Below, piece by piece: positions 27,970 to 44,227 of a stretch of DNA of 64,000 nt. The DNA is from Eledone cirrhosa (lineage: Eukaryota), in assembly GCA_964016885.1 (NCBI GenBank), contig OZ024746.1, positions 8,866,001 through 8,930,000 of the forward strand, read 5' to 3'. The position numbers and the translations under genes were made by a program. A model generated the notes under the pieces. That model was not told the origin of the DNA. It worked only from the letters and a program-made list of their open reading frames with translations, and ran no database searches. Every line of letters starts with the position of its first letter. The stretch's first letter is position 1.

Positions 27970-30900
27970 AAAACTCAAAATGTGATATATCAAACTGACG
28001 AGCTGCCTGTGAGACAACTTCAACAAAACGCGTGTATTCAACGGGTGAGAATGTTGTGAATATAACAAAATTTTGTATAGTCCTATTTACGTATATAAAA
28101 CTCGGAGAAATAAGTAAATTATATAAAATGAGAGATAATAAAGTGTTTTCCGAAGTCATCTAGAGAAAGTACCGTTAAAATTCATCTGAATATTGGAAAC
28201 TAAATCAATACATATCTATCACTGCTTCCATGTTGCGATAAACAAATAAACAAATCTATTGGTAACAATTTACAAATTTGTTTAATATGGATCCCAACAT
28301 TGAAGTATATACAGTATACAGTATGATAATAAAGCGCCAAGGTGTGAAAAACTGATTAAGCTTCAACAGAGGAAGCCGATAAAATTTGAAGAATATTCTC
28401 TGGAGAATATCACCCGTCACTATCATGTGCATGTTCACACTTCTTCATAAAATATACGAGAAACAAATGAACCAGAAGCTTGGAAGTGTTAAATTTACTT
28501 TTACTATTTGTATTGAAACATCTGTTAGTGATTTTCATTCACTTTTTAATAAGTCATATTCCCACGTCTCCTATAAAATGTCTTAAAACGAAATTGTATT
28601 TATGACTTCTTTAATGAATCAAATCTTAGGATAGCTTTGATATATTTACAAATATACAGTTTAGGTGTCACTTTCACTCCTCTATTAGGAGGAATGGAGA
28701 AATATACCTACTTGCTTTTGTCTGAAATAATCATTTGAATTATATAGCTGACAGTAAATGATTATCCTCCACCTAGGTGATATGGCCACTGTAATGTCGG
28801 TTTTATCCAATTCAATACTTCTACTCTCGTTTGCAAGAAAACAGTACAGATTAGAAAATGATTGATTGTTTAATTTGATTTGCCGAATAACTGACGCCTA
28901 AATAAACTTGATCACTAACACATTTTGTTGTAAATTCGAACTTCATAGGATATCAATACGATGTAATTTAAAACATTATAAATGCCGAAGAAGGACTCTG
29001 TCCCTAAGGAACGTTACATGAACTTTAATCTTGCATCTGAAATATTTTCTCTTGTTGCAATATCCATTCACTAATTCAAAACTATATAACGAAATAACGT
29101 TGTTTATCATTTATATAGTAAACTCTCAATATTGGTGATTGTACATACAATGACGTTATTCTATGTAAACTCAAATAAAAAGGAACTGAATCATTTCAGA
29201 CATTAATTTATCCAATGGCGATCTTTATGGACTACATAGGGAAATAAAAAAAAGCACTGGATTGAAAATTTAATGGCCGTCTTGTGTTAATGAGTTTCTA
29301 CAACAGATACCGTCTATGGTTAGCAGCAGGGGTAGCTTATATGATTACCTAAAGAGTACAGTAAACCAAAATGTACACAAATATCCTATGACCTCTGGAA
29401 TCAAAGGAAAAAATGATAAGCGAATTTAGCACAATAGTATACTTGAATTTTACAATCGATTTTTAATATTTTCAAATCTAACAACGAATTATATTTGCAT
29501 GTATTGGCAATAACAGTCATGTTTTGTTCATAATAGTATATGCGGTAAGTTGGTTAGACTTGTTGTTGTTCTTGTTGTTCAGGCCTAATTCGAGTAGACC
29601 TTTTAACAGCACAAAAGTCATGAATATAAAGGCCTTTTTATCTACTTATGAACAATAAGTTAAGGGGAAAACCTCAAGTATGCTTATATTATGATTTTAG
29701 ATTTTCTAAGTAGATTGCCATATAATTTTTAACAATTAAAATTTTCCCCTGGCTGAGTTGTTAGCGACAGCACAAAAATGATAAGATACTTTTAAGGAAT
29801 GAACAATTCAGTTTATAAAAAAAATGGTTGTTCATGCTTAGGGGAAACATTATTACATTATGTGTTCTTTTTAAAACCAATTACGTGTTGGTTGATTGAA
29901 ATTCGACTGTTTCTTTAACAGTTCGAATGACCACTTAGACACATCCTCCTTGGCTTATGCTTAATATCTTTGTTGTAGTTGTTGTTTAATGATATCACGT
30001 GTATATGTTGTGTAGATTGCTAAAAATATGTAGCATATGCTATGGTGATGATACAGAGAATTGAACAGAAAATATCGTAAGAAAATTTCACTTTCAAGAA
30101 AGTTCACAATGTTTAATAGTAAATATATCGTGCATTGTGAGCACAGTAAATTTCTAATATCTTAAATTTATTTTGTTTAATCGTTCTGCTCGTCACTAGG
30201 TTTGCTAGTTTTGTCAAGATTTTCTAGCTGACACAAACGTCTGTTTTCACAGAATCCTCCTTTAAATTGGATGTCGGACTTTGCAGCACAGTGTTTGAAG
30301 AATACATCCTATAACTCTGCCACATATTGTCCACTCTCTAAACTCAATTCTGTTATCCCATTCTTTATTTTCGTTAATAACAAATAATTCTATTCCCATA
30401 CTGCATACATGAACTTTACGAAAGAGTAGAGATACCGACTGCAGCAAAATGGAACAGGGCTCAATACCCAAGCGACTGGATAGGTGATAATGCACTGCTT
30501 AATACCTTTTAGGTTTCAAAATCGTTGAGGGCAGATCGCTTCCTTTCTGCCCTTCTTTACGATCTCACAACTTAACCAACTGACAAGGTAACTTTCTTAT
30601 TTTGTTTCTCTTAGGTGCAGGAAAAGGACATAAAGCTTAAATTTTAAAACTATTCACAACAATTGAACTTATCAAACTCTTCCATCATTCTCCTAATCAT
30701 GAATTGTTGTCAACAGGAGCCACTAGTAGTTTCATCCTGTAGTAACGTCATACGTTTTAAGTCGGGATATGTAATCAGCAAGTGAGAGGTGACATAAGCC
30801 TCAGTCAACTATATTCGCATAATATGTTATGGGTAAAAATGTAGAATATGCTAGTAATAGTATAATTAGTTGTGAAGCTGGTTAAAAATGGTTACTATGT

Positions 30901-31575
30901 GCTACAAGTATGCTGAAAAGAAAGATTGTTTTGTCTGCCTAGATCAACGTGATGACACATACAAGTGGTATGGTAAGGATTCCACCCGTCTCACTCCTCT
31001 CTTTCTCTTTCTATCTCTCACTTTTGGTTCGTTTAGTCTGTATGAATATGTCTATATTTGTGTCTATACATATCTGTACTATTTGAACAGTGTATATTTT
31101 GGTGAGTCTACTCTGTGTATGTGTATATTTACGCGTGTTTTAGACTATTTCTATGTGAGCGTGCTTGGATTAGTTCCTATGCCAGTGTTTAAGTATATGT
31201 ATGTCTGACATGGATGTTATCTGCTTTCCGCTGCAGCATATTCTCTAGTCACGAAATCTACTCGGACATATACACAGAAAAGGCACATACCATTACTTTT
31301 CTCTCTCTCTGTCTCCCATCCATATATACTGACATACATGCCTGCACCTATGTAAACATAGTCGATGCTTCGTAAATTAACCAAATGTTGTTCAGACATG
31401 GAACTTCACACTTAGATCCTCTAACACAAACGGCAACTGGCGATCAGGAAGTTTTGCCATAAAAGTAAAATCCTCCAACTCGGCATACGGGAGATGTATA
31501 GTTCGATTTTCCGCAGCTGTCTTTGCCCACTTTCTTCTGTCTTCCGGAGTACTTTGACCGATTCATTCAACTATT

Positions 31576-31934
31576 ATTGATTGGCAGTATCGGTAGAGGG
31601 TCGGACGCCATGCTTTCTAGCATAGTTACGTCCCTTTGCGGTCTGAGTTCAAATCCCGCCGAGGTTAACTTTGCCTTTCATCCTTACAGGGTCGATAAAA
31701 TAAAGTACCAGTAATGTACTGGGTAATTGATGGCCTTGTGCCAAAAGTAGAAACAATTATTAATAGCTATTAACTATTATTATAGCTTTCAAATTATACT
31801 TTTAAATCTTTATGATTTGAGTTCAAATCCCGTCGAGGTTAACTTTGCCTCTCATCCTTACGGCGTCGATAAAATAAAGTACCAGTAATGCACTGGGATA
31901 ATTGCTGGCCTTGTGCCAAATGTAGAAACAATTA
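31576..31934 (+). mobile_element. SINE family A, full copy plus tandem 5'-truncated copy (31812-31934)
   Basis: A-box, B-box, central domain and tail, as at 3238. Confidence 0.85.
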
Positions 31935-32240
31935 TACTTTAAAATCGTAAATCACGATTTTAAAAATAGTTTCGCACATACTCAAAACTATTTTTCTCCT
32001 ATCTTTCTGTAAGGTAGGCTTATATGAATTCTCATTCCAATGTTGTTTTACTAGAATCAGTAGTTCAAGTGTAGTCTTGATGAAATACCGCCGTCAAAGG
32101 TTTAGTTGATTATATCGACATCATTAGTCTGGAAATCATTTTATCGATCTCTGTTCGTATAATCACTAAATTACATGACATGGAGGGAGACAAGATAAAC
32201 CACATTGCGTTCATACTGGGATAAACAAAGGCTCAGCAAC

Positions 32241-32309
<69 letters not shown>

Positions 32310-32857
32310 AAGGGGTGATGGAACTGGACCATGCCCCACCCCGATAATTTCTTTTTCTCCTCAAACTACTAAAACACACATCTATCTGTATATACGCTAC
32401 AATTTATGTAGATGTTATGTTGTAGAGAGATAGATATAGAGAGAAGCGGAGGTTGGTGGTAATTGATATAAAAAGGAAGGTTGCGAGAGTGTGTTGTATA
32501 TTACATATAGAGAGGGGGAGAGATTGATGTTTATTGATATATAGAGGGGGGAATTTGAAGAGAGTTCCATATAGTATATACAGAGAGGGGTTAGATTTAG
32601 GTAGTGATGGATAGAGTGAGAGGAAATGAGAGTGAATGTTGTATGGTAGAGAGGGGGGATTTGGTGTTAATTCATATAGAGAGTACAGTTAAATACACAT
32701 AGAAATAATATGGTTGTTACCAAAGTCAGAAGATTGAAAAGTCGAACCTAAATATTACTAATAGCTCTAGGGATGCCATAAACGACACCACATGCTTTTA
32801 ACTTTGATTTTCAAATTAGATTTTCAAATTATTAATTTTCATTAGACTTTGGTAGCT

Positions 32858-32928
32858 GTCTCGGTGGCCTAGTTGGAGGGATCGTGGACGGCGATGATCC
32901 TGTTCTGAAGTTCGATCCTGGTCGGTAG
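32858..32928 (+). other. tRNA-like Pol III head (not a functional tRNA)
   Basis: GTCTCGGTGGCCTAGTTGG A-box and GTTCGATCC B-box, with T-runs downstream. Confidence 0.5.
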
Positions 32929-33000
32929 TAGGGTTCCCGGTAAACTTTTTCAGTTTTTTTCTATGGGATGTAAAATAAAAACTGAAATAGTTTACATGTA

Positions 33001-33072
33001 CCCCTTGCCCAAGATTGAACCCAAGGCCAGTATCTCTACTGTCTCTAGCACCTACCGCTAGTCCACTGAGGC
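33001..33072 (-). other. tRNA-like Pol III head, convergent with 32858
   Basis: Minus: GCCTCAGTGGACTAGCGG A-box and GGTTCAATCT B-box. Confidence 0.5.
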
Positions 33073-33404
33073 AACTACGCAATTCTACTGAAAATTCATA
33101 CTTATAAACCAACTTTCAACATTTTCAATACAAAATATGGTGTCGTTCATGTCTTTCTTAATGTTATTTTCCTACTTAAGGTCGACTTCTAAATTATTCG
33201 GGTGTTCCATAAACTACATCCTCGTTTTGTTTCTCATCTGTCTAGACTATATTTTAACCTGTAATCTATGTTTCATTTCTGTCGCACCTCATTTCTCCAC
33301 CTCCTCTCTCCCTGTGATATTTGAATCTACTATGATTAGGGCTTACTTTATTCATATATATATTTTTTTGTATGTCAGTTAGATTCTAACTTACAATGAT
33401 TGGC

Positions 33405-33460
<56 letters not shown>

Positions 33461-33498
33461 ATATTAATAAATGGAAACTATATTTATAAAACCATATT

Positions 33499-33564
33499 TA
33501 TTTTATTATATATATTTCAAGGGCAACCAAGGCAAATTATGGTGCGCTTTCATCAGATAAAATA
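33499..33564 (-). ncRNA. Hammerhead ribozyme (HH4-like)
   Basis: Minus: tattttat-CTGATGA-aagcgca-loop-tgccctt-GAA-ATATATAT-A/ataaaata. 8-bp stem I and palindromic stem III. Confidence 0.7.
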
Positions 33565-33620
33565 CAGATTTGTTTTATAAATAAATATTGACATACCCGG
33601 TATGTATGTATATATATATG

Positions 33621-33779
<159 letters not shown>

Positions 33780-33790
33780 GTATATATATA

Positions 33791-34093
<303 letters not shown>

Positions 34094-34108
34094 GTATATA
34101 TATATATG

Positions 34109-34159
<51 letters not shown>

Positions 34160-34172
34160 ATATATATATATA

Positions 34173-35390
<1,218 letters not shown>

Positions 35391-35593
35391 TATACATATA
35401 TACACACATTCACACACATGAAAGACCATATTTTAAATATCACAGTTTCCTTACATAAACAACGTTCTCCATTACTCCTAATATTGCCTTAATAATAAAA
35501 TCTTTATAATTTATTTTATAAATTCGCAAATGTTATTTTTGTTTAGATTTTAAGCCAGTGATGCATACACATAAACAAATATATACACACACT

Positions 35594-35671
<78 letters not shown>

Positions 35672-36256
35672 CACACGCTTGTGTGTGTTTGTGTATATAT
35701 GCGACTTAACAAATCAATTGTATCTCCAAATAGTGTTAACACTGTATTCTGGATATTTCTATTTCTTTAAGAAATCAACATTTATTTCTTTATACATTTC
35801 CGACACATTTTGCATTTCCATTCAACACACTAATTTACATCAATTAAAATGTCGTCCATAATTCACTTAAACGACCGCACCTAACCTACCCTTTAGTTGT
35901 CTATGTAGGAGCATATTTGACACAGTGCTGTGAACTATTATCTCGCTTAGAATGAAAGTAATTCTATTAGCACGCTTAAGTCGCACCTTTATTTACATTA
36001 ATCACATATCAAATGTAATTTCTTTAACATACCACTGATCACGAATTTCAACGAAAATCGAGATTGAATTCGAAATCCATTAAGAAGAATGATGCATCAG
36101 TAACAACATGTTTCCTTCTGTAATAGCTGATTACATAACAATGAAACAATTGGGAGTCTGAGTTAGTGAGTTCGTTCTGTGTAGTAGTTATGGTGTGTGT
36201 ATCTTCCTTCAGTATGCACATGAAAATACTAATGTTATTACGTTATTACTGAACGT

Positions 36257-36317
<61 letters not shown>

Positions 36318-36482
36318 GAAATTTATTTTATTTCATTCATAATTAACTCCGTATTCGCACCACCAACTACACAAACGAAGATGGGTGAACTGCACTGCGT
36401 TGAGTACTCTTCACAATATTACACCAGGATTGACCATACGGAATGACCAGTTCTATCCAGTGGTGAACCAACAAACCTAAAG

Positions 36483-36571
<89 letters not shown>

Positions 36572-36739
36572 GTCGGGTCACTCTTGAGTGCTACTGGTAA
36601 GATGTAACCCAGTGCAACCTGTCGCATGGTCGTGTCGTCGGCGACTAAACCGGCAACCCCACCAAAAAAACAAACAAAACCTGACAAAGGGCGGAAGAAC
36701 TCATAAGAGTTACCAGCCATCCAAAAGTGTGTAAATATG

Positions 36740-36985
36740 TATATACATATGTACCCCGCGGTTAAACCACTGGGAGTGAAGGACCCATAGCCTTTATCAG
36801 GGCATTCTTCTAGGAGAAGGCAACTCAGGAAACTGGAATAACTCCGATATAAAACCTGCGGCTCAGTACAGTAGTTACCGATAAATATCTTCAAGCACAG
36901 GCATTGCACGATAGAATTAATTAATGATTATTAATAATGGTATATCGTGCAATGGCCATACTCGATAACGAGGGGGCAGCTATCA
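36740..36985 (+). mobile_element. RTE-type 5'UTR-like repeat
   Basis: TCTAGGAGAAGG...GATATAAAACCTGC motif, with a reverse copy near 48665-48735. Resembles RTE 5'UTRs by recall. Confidence 0.45.
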
Positions 36986-37004
36986 TATATATATATATAT
37001 ATAT

Positions 37005-37930
<926 letters not shown>

Positions 37931-38172
37931 TGTATGTATGTATGTATGTATGTATGTATGTATGTATATATACATCACATGGTACCATGGGCCCAGCACT
38001 ATGTGTCAATAACTGTCACAAGTGAAGTGTTTGTACCAGAGTATTCAAGTCGCTGGCTGGACTAAAAAGTCACACTCGTTCAGCACATCGGTAGGGTTTC
38101 TCCTACATGGATATAAAGTAGTGGTCGTACACGAAAATGAATTGGCAGCCACCATATATATATATATGTATG

Positions 38173-38291
38173 TAACGAAGGAAGTGTGGTAAGGAACCAG
38201 AGTACTCGATACTTTTGATAGTAGAGTGGGTAATAGGAAAATGTTCATGACCCTGACGGCTGGGCTCAAGCCGTTCGACTGCTATTTCTGG
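38173..38291 (-). mobile_element. Diverged HH1 copy
   Basis: Aligns to the HH1 tail with deletions. Confidence 0.7.
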
Positions 38292-38331
38292 TCTGTCTGT
38301 CTGTATGTATGTATGTATGTATGCCTATATA

Positions 38332-38398
<67 letters not shown>

Positions 38399-38522
38399 GT
38401 AAAAAACAACAACAGCGCAGAAGGACAGGTTACAAATGGTATTAGGTTCACGCTTAGTGAGAGTGGGGGAGGGGGAACTACGAGAGGGATTGAGGCGGGA
38501 GATAGTGGAAAATAAAAGGTAT

Positions 38523-38566
<44 letters not shown>

Positions 38567-39135
38567 TTATGATATTAAATAAATGGAAACTATATTTATA
38601 AAACCATAAAAAACTGTTATATTAATATATATATATATAGTATATCTATCTATCTATATATATATATATACATATATATATATTAAAATAACAGATTATA
38701 GTTATTTGGCAGGGAACGTCTCCACGAACCACCTAAATAGAATATTAGTCTACGACTTCATTTATACCATAAACGTGGTTTTGTCTTTGCCTGTAATTGT
38801 TCTCACCGCTCAACATAATTACGTATTATCCTCGCTTTTCCCCCGTTCATCGTTAGGAAACGTCTCCAAGAACCAAAGTATCGTCTTCCTGTTTTCCTTC
38901 GGTTGCAACGTTTTTCGGAATATTGACTTCTGCGTTCACAGATTGATTTTGTTTTAGTTTCAGTAGATCCCGTTAAGGGTGAAAGCAGCGATTCTTTGCT
39001 AACTTTAATCTGTTATTTTAATAAATATTTGCTCTAGGGTACTTATATATTTGATATATATTTATTCTTATCGAATCCTCTTTGGATTTTAGTCTTCAAA
39101 TTTATTATTATTACTATATATATATATATAGAGAG

Positions 39136-39430
39136 AGGAAAATGTTCAAGACCCCCGACGGCAGAGCTCAAGCCGTTTCGACGGCTATTTCCTATTTCTG
39201 GACAGTCCAGAAATAGCCGTCGTTATATATATATATAACGAAGGAAATGTGGTAAGGAACCAGGTGGACCATAACGCACCAAAGTACTCAATACTTAGGG
39301 TAGTAGAGTGGGTAATAGGAACGAGTAGGACCCCGACGGCTGAGCTCAAGCCGTTTCGACGGCTAATTCTGGACTAGAATTAGCCGTCGAAACGGCTTGA
39401 GCTCAGCCGTCGGGGTCCTACTCGTTCCTA
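39136..39430. mobile_element. Two adjacent HH1 copies (partial + fold-back)
   Basis: 39136-39222 and 39236-39430; perfect inverted arms in the second. Confidence 0.8.
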
Positions 39431-39451
39431 TATATATATATATATATATAA

Positions 39452-39504
<53 letters not shown>

Positions 39505-39507
<3 letters not shown>

Positions 39508-39840
39508 CTGAAATAGCTTATATGAAATGAATGGATTCAAAAGTTCACTCAGTACACGTGTGAATGGGATGTCCGCACGAGTATCCTCCACTTCCAAATA
39601 ACTTACACTCCGCCTTGGGTCCCGACCGACAGAATGGAGAATGCATTGCCTATGAGGATGACATAGGAGACACGATAGAACAGCCATTTTACCTCAGGGG
39701 GCTCGCACCTGTTGGCTGCCAACGCCGCCTCGATAGTACTGTGTAGGGATGTGGTCCGAAGGCCAAGAACGCCAGAAGTCTCCACTCCTAGAGGCTCCTC
39801 CACAAATCTTTCTGAGAGCGGCGGCTTATACTTGCATTAT
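39505..39840 (-). mobile_element. 5'-truncated CRE-clade-like non-LTR retrotransposon (RLE C-terminus + 3'UTR) ending in (TA)n
   Basis: Minus translation KYKPPLSERFVEEPLGVETSGVLG...EVKWLFYRVSYVILIGNAFSILS* shows the KY..P..VET.G..G...GNA signature. Confidence 0.75.
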
Positions 39841-40722
39841 AGTGGGAAGATTTTTTAATTTTATTTTGCTTAAATATAAACAAACAGTTTAGTGTGTGCG
39901 TGTGAGTGTGTGTCAGCGTGAGTGCGTGTGTGAGTGTTAGTTAGTGCGTGTGTGGGTGTTTGTGTGAGTGCGTGCATGTGTGTTTGTGTGTGTGTGTGTG
40001 TATATGTATGCGTGTGTGAGTGTGTGTATGTGTGTGTTAGTGTGAGTGTTGTGCGTGTGCGTGTGTGTATGTGAGTTTGGGTGCGTACGTGTGTGTGTAT
40101 GTATGTGAGATTGAGTGCGTGTGTGTGTGTGAGAGTGTGTGTATGTGTGTGTGAGTGTCGTGCGCGTGTGTGTGTGCGTGTTTTTCAGTAAGCCTCTCTA
40201 ATCATGAAATTAACGTGCTAGTCCGTGAGTATTGACATGCATTACATTCTCCATTGATATTTTATAACTAATTTCTAACAATTTTTTTTTTATTAACACC
40301 TACTAAGTTACTTAATTCTTTTAACATTTAAATTAATTTGTCTATAATAATTATTTAATATTAGGTATCATATTTAATGAAATATTACTTATAATATTAA
40401 ATATGAACATGATATGTTAATATATTTTCTTAGATATATTTATTTTGATATGTATATTTTACAGAAGCTTTTACATTTTAATACATATTAATTATTGATA
40501 ACACTCTATCTGTATTTACACCGAACAGAAGTAAAGGAGACTGTGTAAATATATATATCAATTGACACTTTGGGGGAGTAAACATGTAAACATGCCAACT
40601 ACACACCTTAATATATATTAATTATTGTCAACTGTTTTAGCAAATATCTAAGATTATTGCTTCTAAACAAAAAATATTGATTCCTCATATACTATAATAT
40701 ATTTTAACTGTAGGTATCAACT

Positions 40723-41040
40723 ATCTTCTTCTTCTTCTTCTTCTTCTTCTTCTTCTTCTTCTTCTTCAGAGGGTCCCAACACTCCTAGCGAGTCCCCAAA
40801 CACTCCTTCTAGCGAGTCCTGTCAGAAGCAACCGTCTCCAACTGGTCCGGCTGGGTCCCCAAACAAGACCAGCCGAGCTCATAGATGTTATCCAACCATC
40901 TTTCACGGGGTACACCCCGGGGTCTCCTGCCCGTTAGTTTTGCCCGTAAAATTTGTCTAGCGATTTTTACCGAGACATTCTAACCACTTGCCCATAGTAT
41001 CGGGGCTGTGATCTCTCAATTTGGAGAGGTAGCAACTCTA
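40723..41040 (-). mobile_element. RTE-clade (Rex3/Expander-like) LINE 3' end with (GAA)n tail
   Basis: Minus translation LQIERSQPRYYGQVVRM..ARQILRAKLTGRRPRGVPRERWLDNIYELGWSCLG...VASDRTR, followed by a GAA repeat. Confidence 0.85.
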
Positions 41041-41049
41041 CTAACGGCT

Positions 41050-41390
41050 CAATAACAGTAGTCGCTCCACTAACAGTTGCTGCTCTACCAACGGCCCTTG
41101 TAACGACCATACTAACAGTAGTGACCCTAGTAACGACCCTACTAACAGTGGTGACCCTACTAACGGTAGTGACCCTGGTAACGACCCTACTAACAGTAGT
41201 GACCCTACTAACAGTAATGACCCTAGTAACGACCCTACTAACAGTAGTGACCCTAGCAACGACCCTACTAACAATAGTGACCCTACTAACAGTAATGACC
41301 CTAGTAACGACCCTACTAACAGTAGTGACCCTAGTAACGGCTCCACTATCAGTAGCAGCTCAACTAATAGTAGTGGATTCACTAACAGTA
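41050..41390. repeat. Minisatellite of mixed 18/12-bp units (GACCCTACTAACAGTAGT / GACCCTAGTAAC)
   Basis: Directly visible; unit lengths are multiples of 3. Confidence 0.9.
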
Positions 41391-42318
41391 CAAATATGTT
41401 AATATAGAATATGTCAGTTATTTATGAGAAAATCCAGCTATGTTTAATTAAAATATAAATGTATGCAAGGAAATGGAAGATATCATTTATCATTGATTAA
41501 CATCTAACAGAAATATACAGAACATATTGTAATCCTGTAAACATTCAGAATTTTGTAAATATTTCTATTTTGTTATTGTTCAACGCCAGTGTAAAATATT
41601 CTTATTTATCATTCTACCTGTTGTGTTTAATGTTTTCCGAACGTTCGATTTGTACTATTAGATGAATTTATTAATATTATACATAAAAATATACACTGTT
41701 TAATAAATGAGTAACTACAGAAATGAATGACAATAAAATAATTAGAAAATATTAGAAATATTGAAATACTGAAAAGGAAGAGAAAAGCAAGGGCTCTAGG
41801 GCCAAAGAAGAATGAGAGGGGAGGGGCTCTCGGTCTAGGGCGCGGCGATGTTAGGACTGCGCCCCGCTGACAAGTCCGCAAAAGTATTTTCGCGGATTTA
41901 TTAATTAGAAACTAAATTGGATTATTTTCTCTAAATATTTAGATATTTCTAGACATATATGTATATATAATGAACACAGGTATATTTCTATTATATCTGA
42001 CGTTGACAAAACAGGAATATTTTTTCAAAATATTTGGAAAACTCTAAAGTGCAAAGTAGTTAGATGGCTTAAACAGGCTTGAAAGATTAAATATAGCGAA
42101 ATATCCAAATTAATTTCACTTAGTTTGAGATTAAAATGTGTAATTCGACTTTCCGTTATCAATACAATAAATGATATCTTTTGAGTCGATTCAAACATTA
42201 AACTTCTGGCTAATTTAGGACTTTCTAAGAAAGCAGAGAACTAGTTTATCGTCTTGGCTAGTTTTATACAAAACTCTAATACAAAAGGTTCAGTAATAAC
42301 ATTTGGATGGCGTCATAT

Positions 42319-42535
42319 AATAATTGTTTCTAATATAGGTACAAGGCCAACAATTTTTGGAAGAGAGTAAAGTCGATTAAATCAACCCCAGTGCGTTACC
42401 TGTACTTTATTTTATCGACCAGGTAAGGATGAAAAGAAAAGCTAATCTCGGCGGGATTCTGAACTCAGAATGTAAAAGACCGTAACACTATGCAGCAAAG
42501 CATGTTGTCCGATGATCTACCGATACTGCCAAATC
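42319..42535 (-). mobile_element. SINE family A
   Basis: Reverse complement of the full consensus. Confidence 0.8.
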
Positions 42536-43580
42536 TACTGCTCTATTGAGTGCCCAAGTGATGACAGTTGTCGATATCAAAATGCGGCCTGTCACTTTCC
42601 AATATTTCAAAATACTTAAATATGACATCTTCTTTCAATCATTTATTGGGATGTATTTGGAAATATCTCCAATAGAATAGGATTAGATGAAAATCAGTGT
42701 TAAACAATTGTATCGAATATATAATATCGATATATCAATATGAAAGATGAAATATTCTATATAAAATCAATACACGAATTCCATCTATTGAATTATTAAA
42801 CCAACTTATCTTACTGAAGTACTATTCCTTACTGTAATTATTGCTCTTCCAACTTCTTGCTGTCCACTAGTTGCAGTTGCATAGACTGAAGAATAGTCTA
42901 TTATTTTAGCTGCTTGTACAAGGGTCGGCTGAAATGTTTATAGGCTGACCAAGATACTCTCATGAGATTAACGATGTAAACAGGTCAGGTTATCAAATCT
43001 GGGTACCTTAGAATGGAGGTGTCTCTTGCAAATGAACAGAAGTGTGAACAGTAATTGATGAATGTTCTATTAGTGAGGCTAGAAAAGGCCCCTAGTATTT
43101 AATACACTAAACACAATATTAAATACTCTAAAAACAAAACAATATTTAGGAAATAAAAAAAATGCATTTGTATTATTTCGACTTTATTAAACAGTAGTAA
43201 ATTAATCAAGGGATCTGATATGGCTAGAGCAACCATACACGGGGTTTTACATGTTTAAGTGAGCTGTTCGAAATTGAAGATAAATCACCCCGAAACAAAA
43301 CTACTAACTCAGAAAAGGGAACGATTCTAGATAGTATAGTAGTAGATAGTGTAGTACCCTCTATACATACTAAACTGTTCGTTCCGTACAGCTCAGCTAC
43401 TTTCACAAAAGTCTTAACCTCGGGTCCACTCGTGACACGTTTGTAAAATTGTATAGGCAGAAGCTTTTAATGTATTCATATACTGTAATTCATGGGTAGT
43501 AGTGTGAAACCATGATACGGAAATAGCTAGAGGCACTATATACATGTGTTCACAAACACACACACACAAACACACGCACG

Positions 43581-43664
<84 letters not shown>

Positions 43665-43676
43665 GGAAAAAGTATG

Positions 43677-43771
43677 ACCCCGACGGCAGAGCTCAAGCCG
43701 TTTCGACGGCTATTTCTGGATTAAATTAGAATTTTTAGCCTGGTGAATAAATAGCCGAATTTGTCAAGGTA
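43677..43771 (-). ncRNA. HH1 hammerhead with intact GAAA and UUGACAA core
   Basis: Minus: acc-TTGACAA-att-cggctattt-loop-aaatagccg-tc-GAAACGGC-ttgagctct-GCCGTC/ggggt. Confidence 0.75.
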
Positions 43772-43909
43772 TATATTACATGGGAAGATTGTAGTTGTCA
43801 AGAGGATTGGTTAAAATTTGTTGTAAACACAAATAAGTCTATCATGGCATTTAGTGGGAGGTAGGGGTGGCCTACCAGTGTTTTCTTGCATAGCTTCGGC
43901 TTTCTAAAT

Positions 43910-43944
<35 letters not shown>

Positions 43945-43947
<3 letters not shown>

Positions 43948-44227
43948 CGAAGGAGTTGTGGCAAGGAACCAGATGGATCATAACGCACCAGAGTACTCAG
44001 TAGTTAGGGTAGTAGAGTGGGTAATGGGAAAATGTATGACCCCGACGGAAGAGCTCAAGTCATTTCGACGGCTATTTCTGGACTGAAATATCCGTCCAGA
44101 AATAGCCGTCGAAACGTCTTGAGCTCTGTCGTCGGGGTCATACATTTTGCTATTACCCACTCTAATACCCTAAGTATTGAGTACTCTGGTGCGTTATGGT
44201 CTATCTGGTTCCACAAATCCTTCGTTA
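43945..44227. mobile_element. Complete fold-back HH1 dimer in (TA)n
   Basis: Two ~135-bp inverted arms, each ending CGTTA at the (TA)n boundary. Confidence 0.85.

Noticed and set aside
28750-28780. VNDYPP cadherin-like motif
   Set aside because: Flanked by stops, with no other cadherin motifs.
40978-41030. Apparent branch point and acceptor on the + strand
   Set aside because: It lies within the antisense RTE coding fragment, which explains the sequence.
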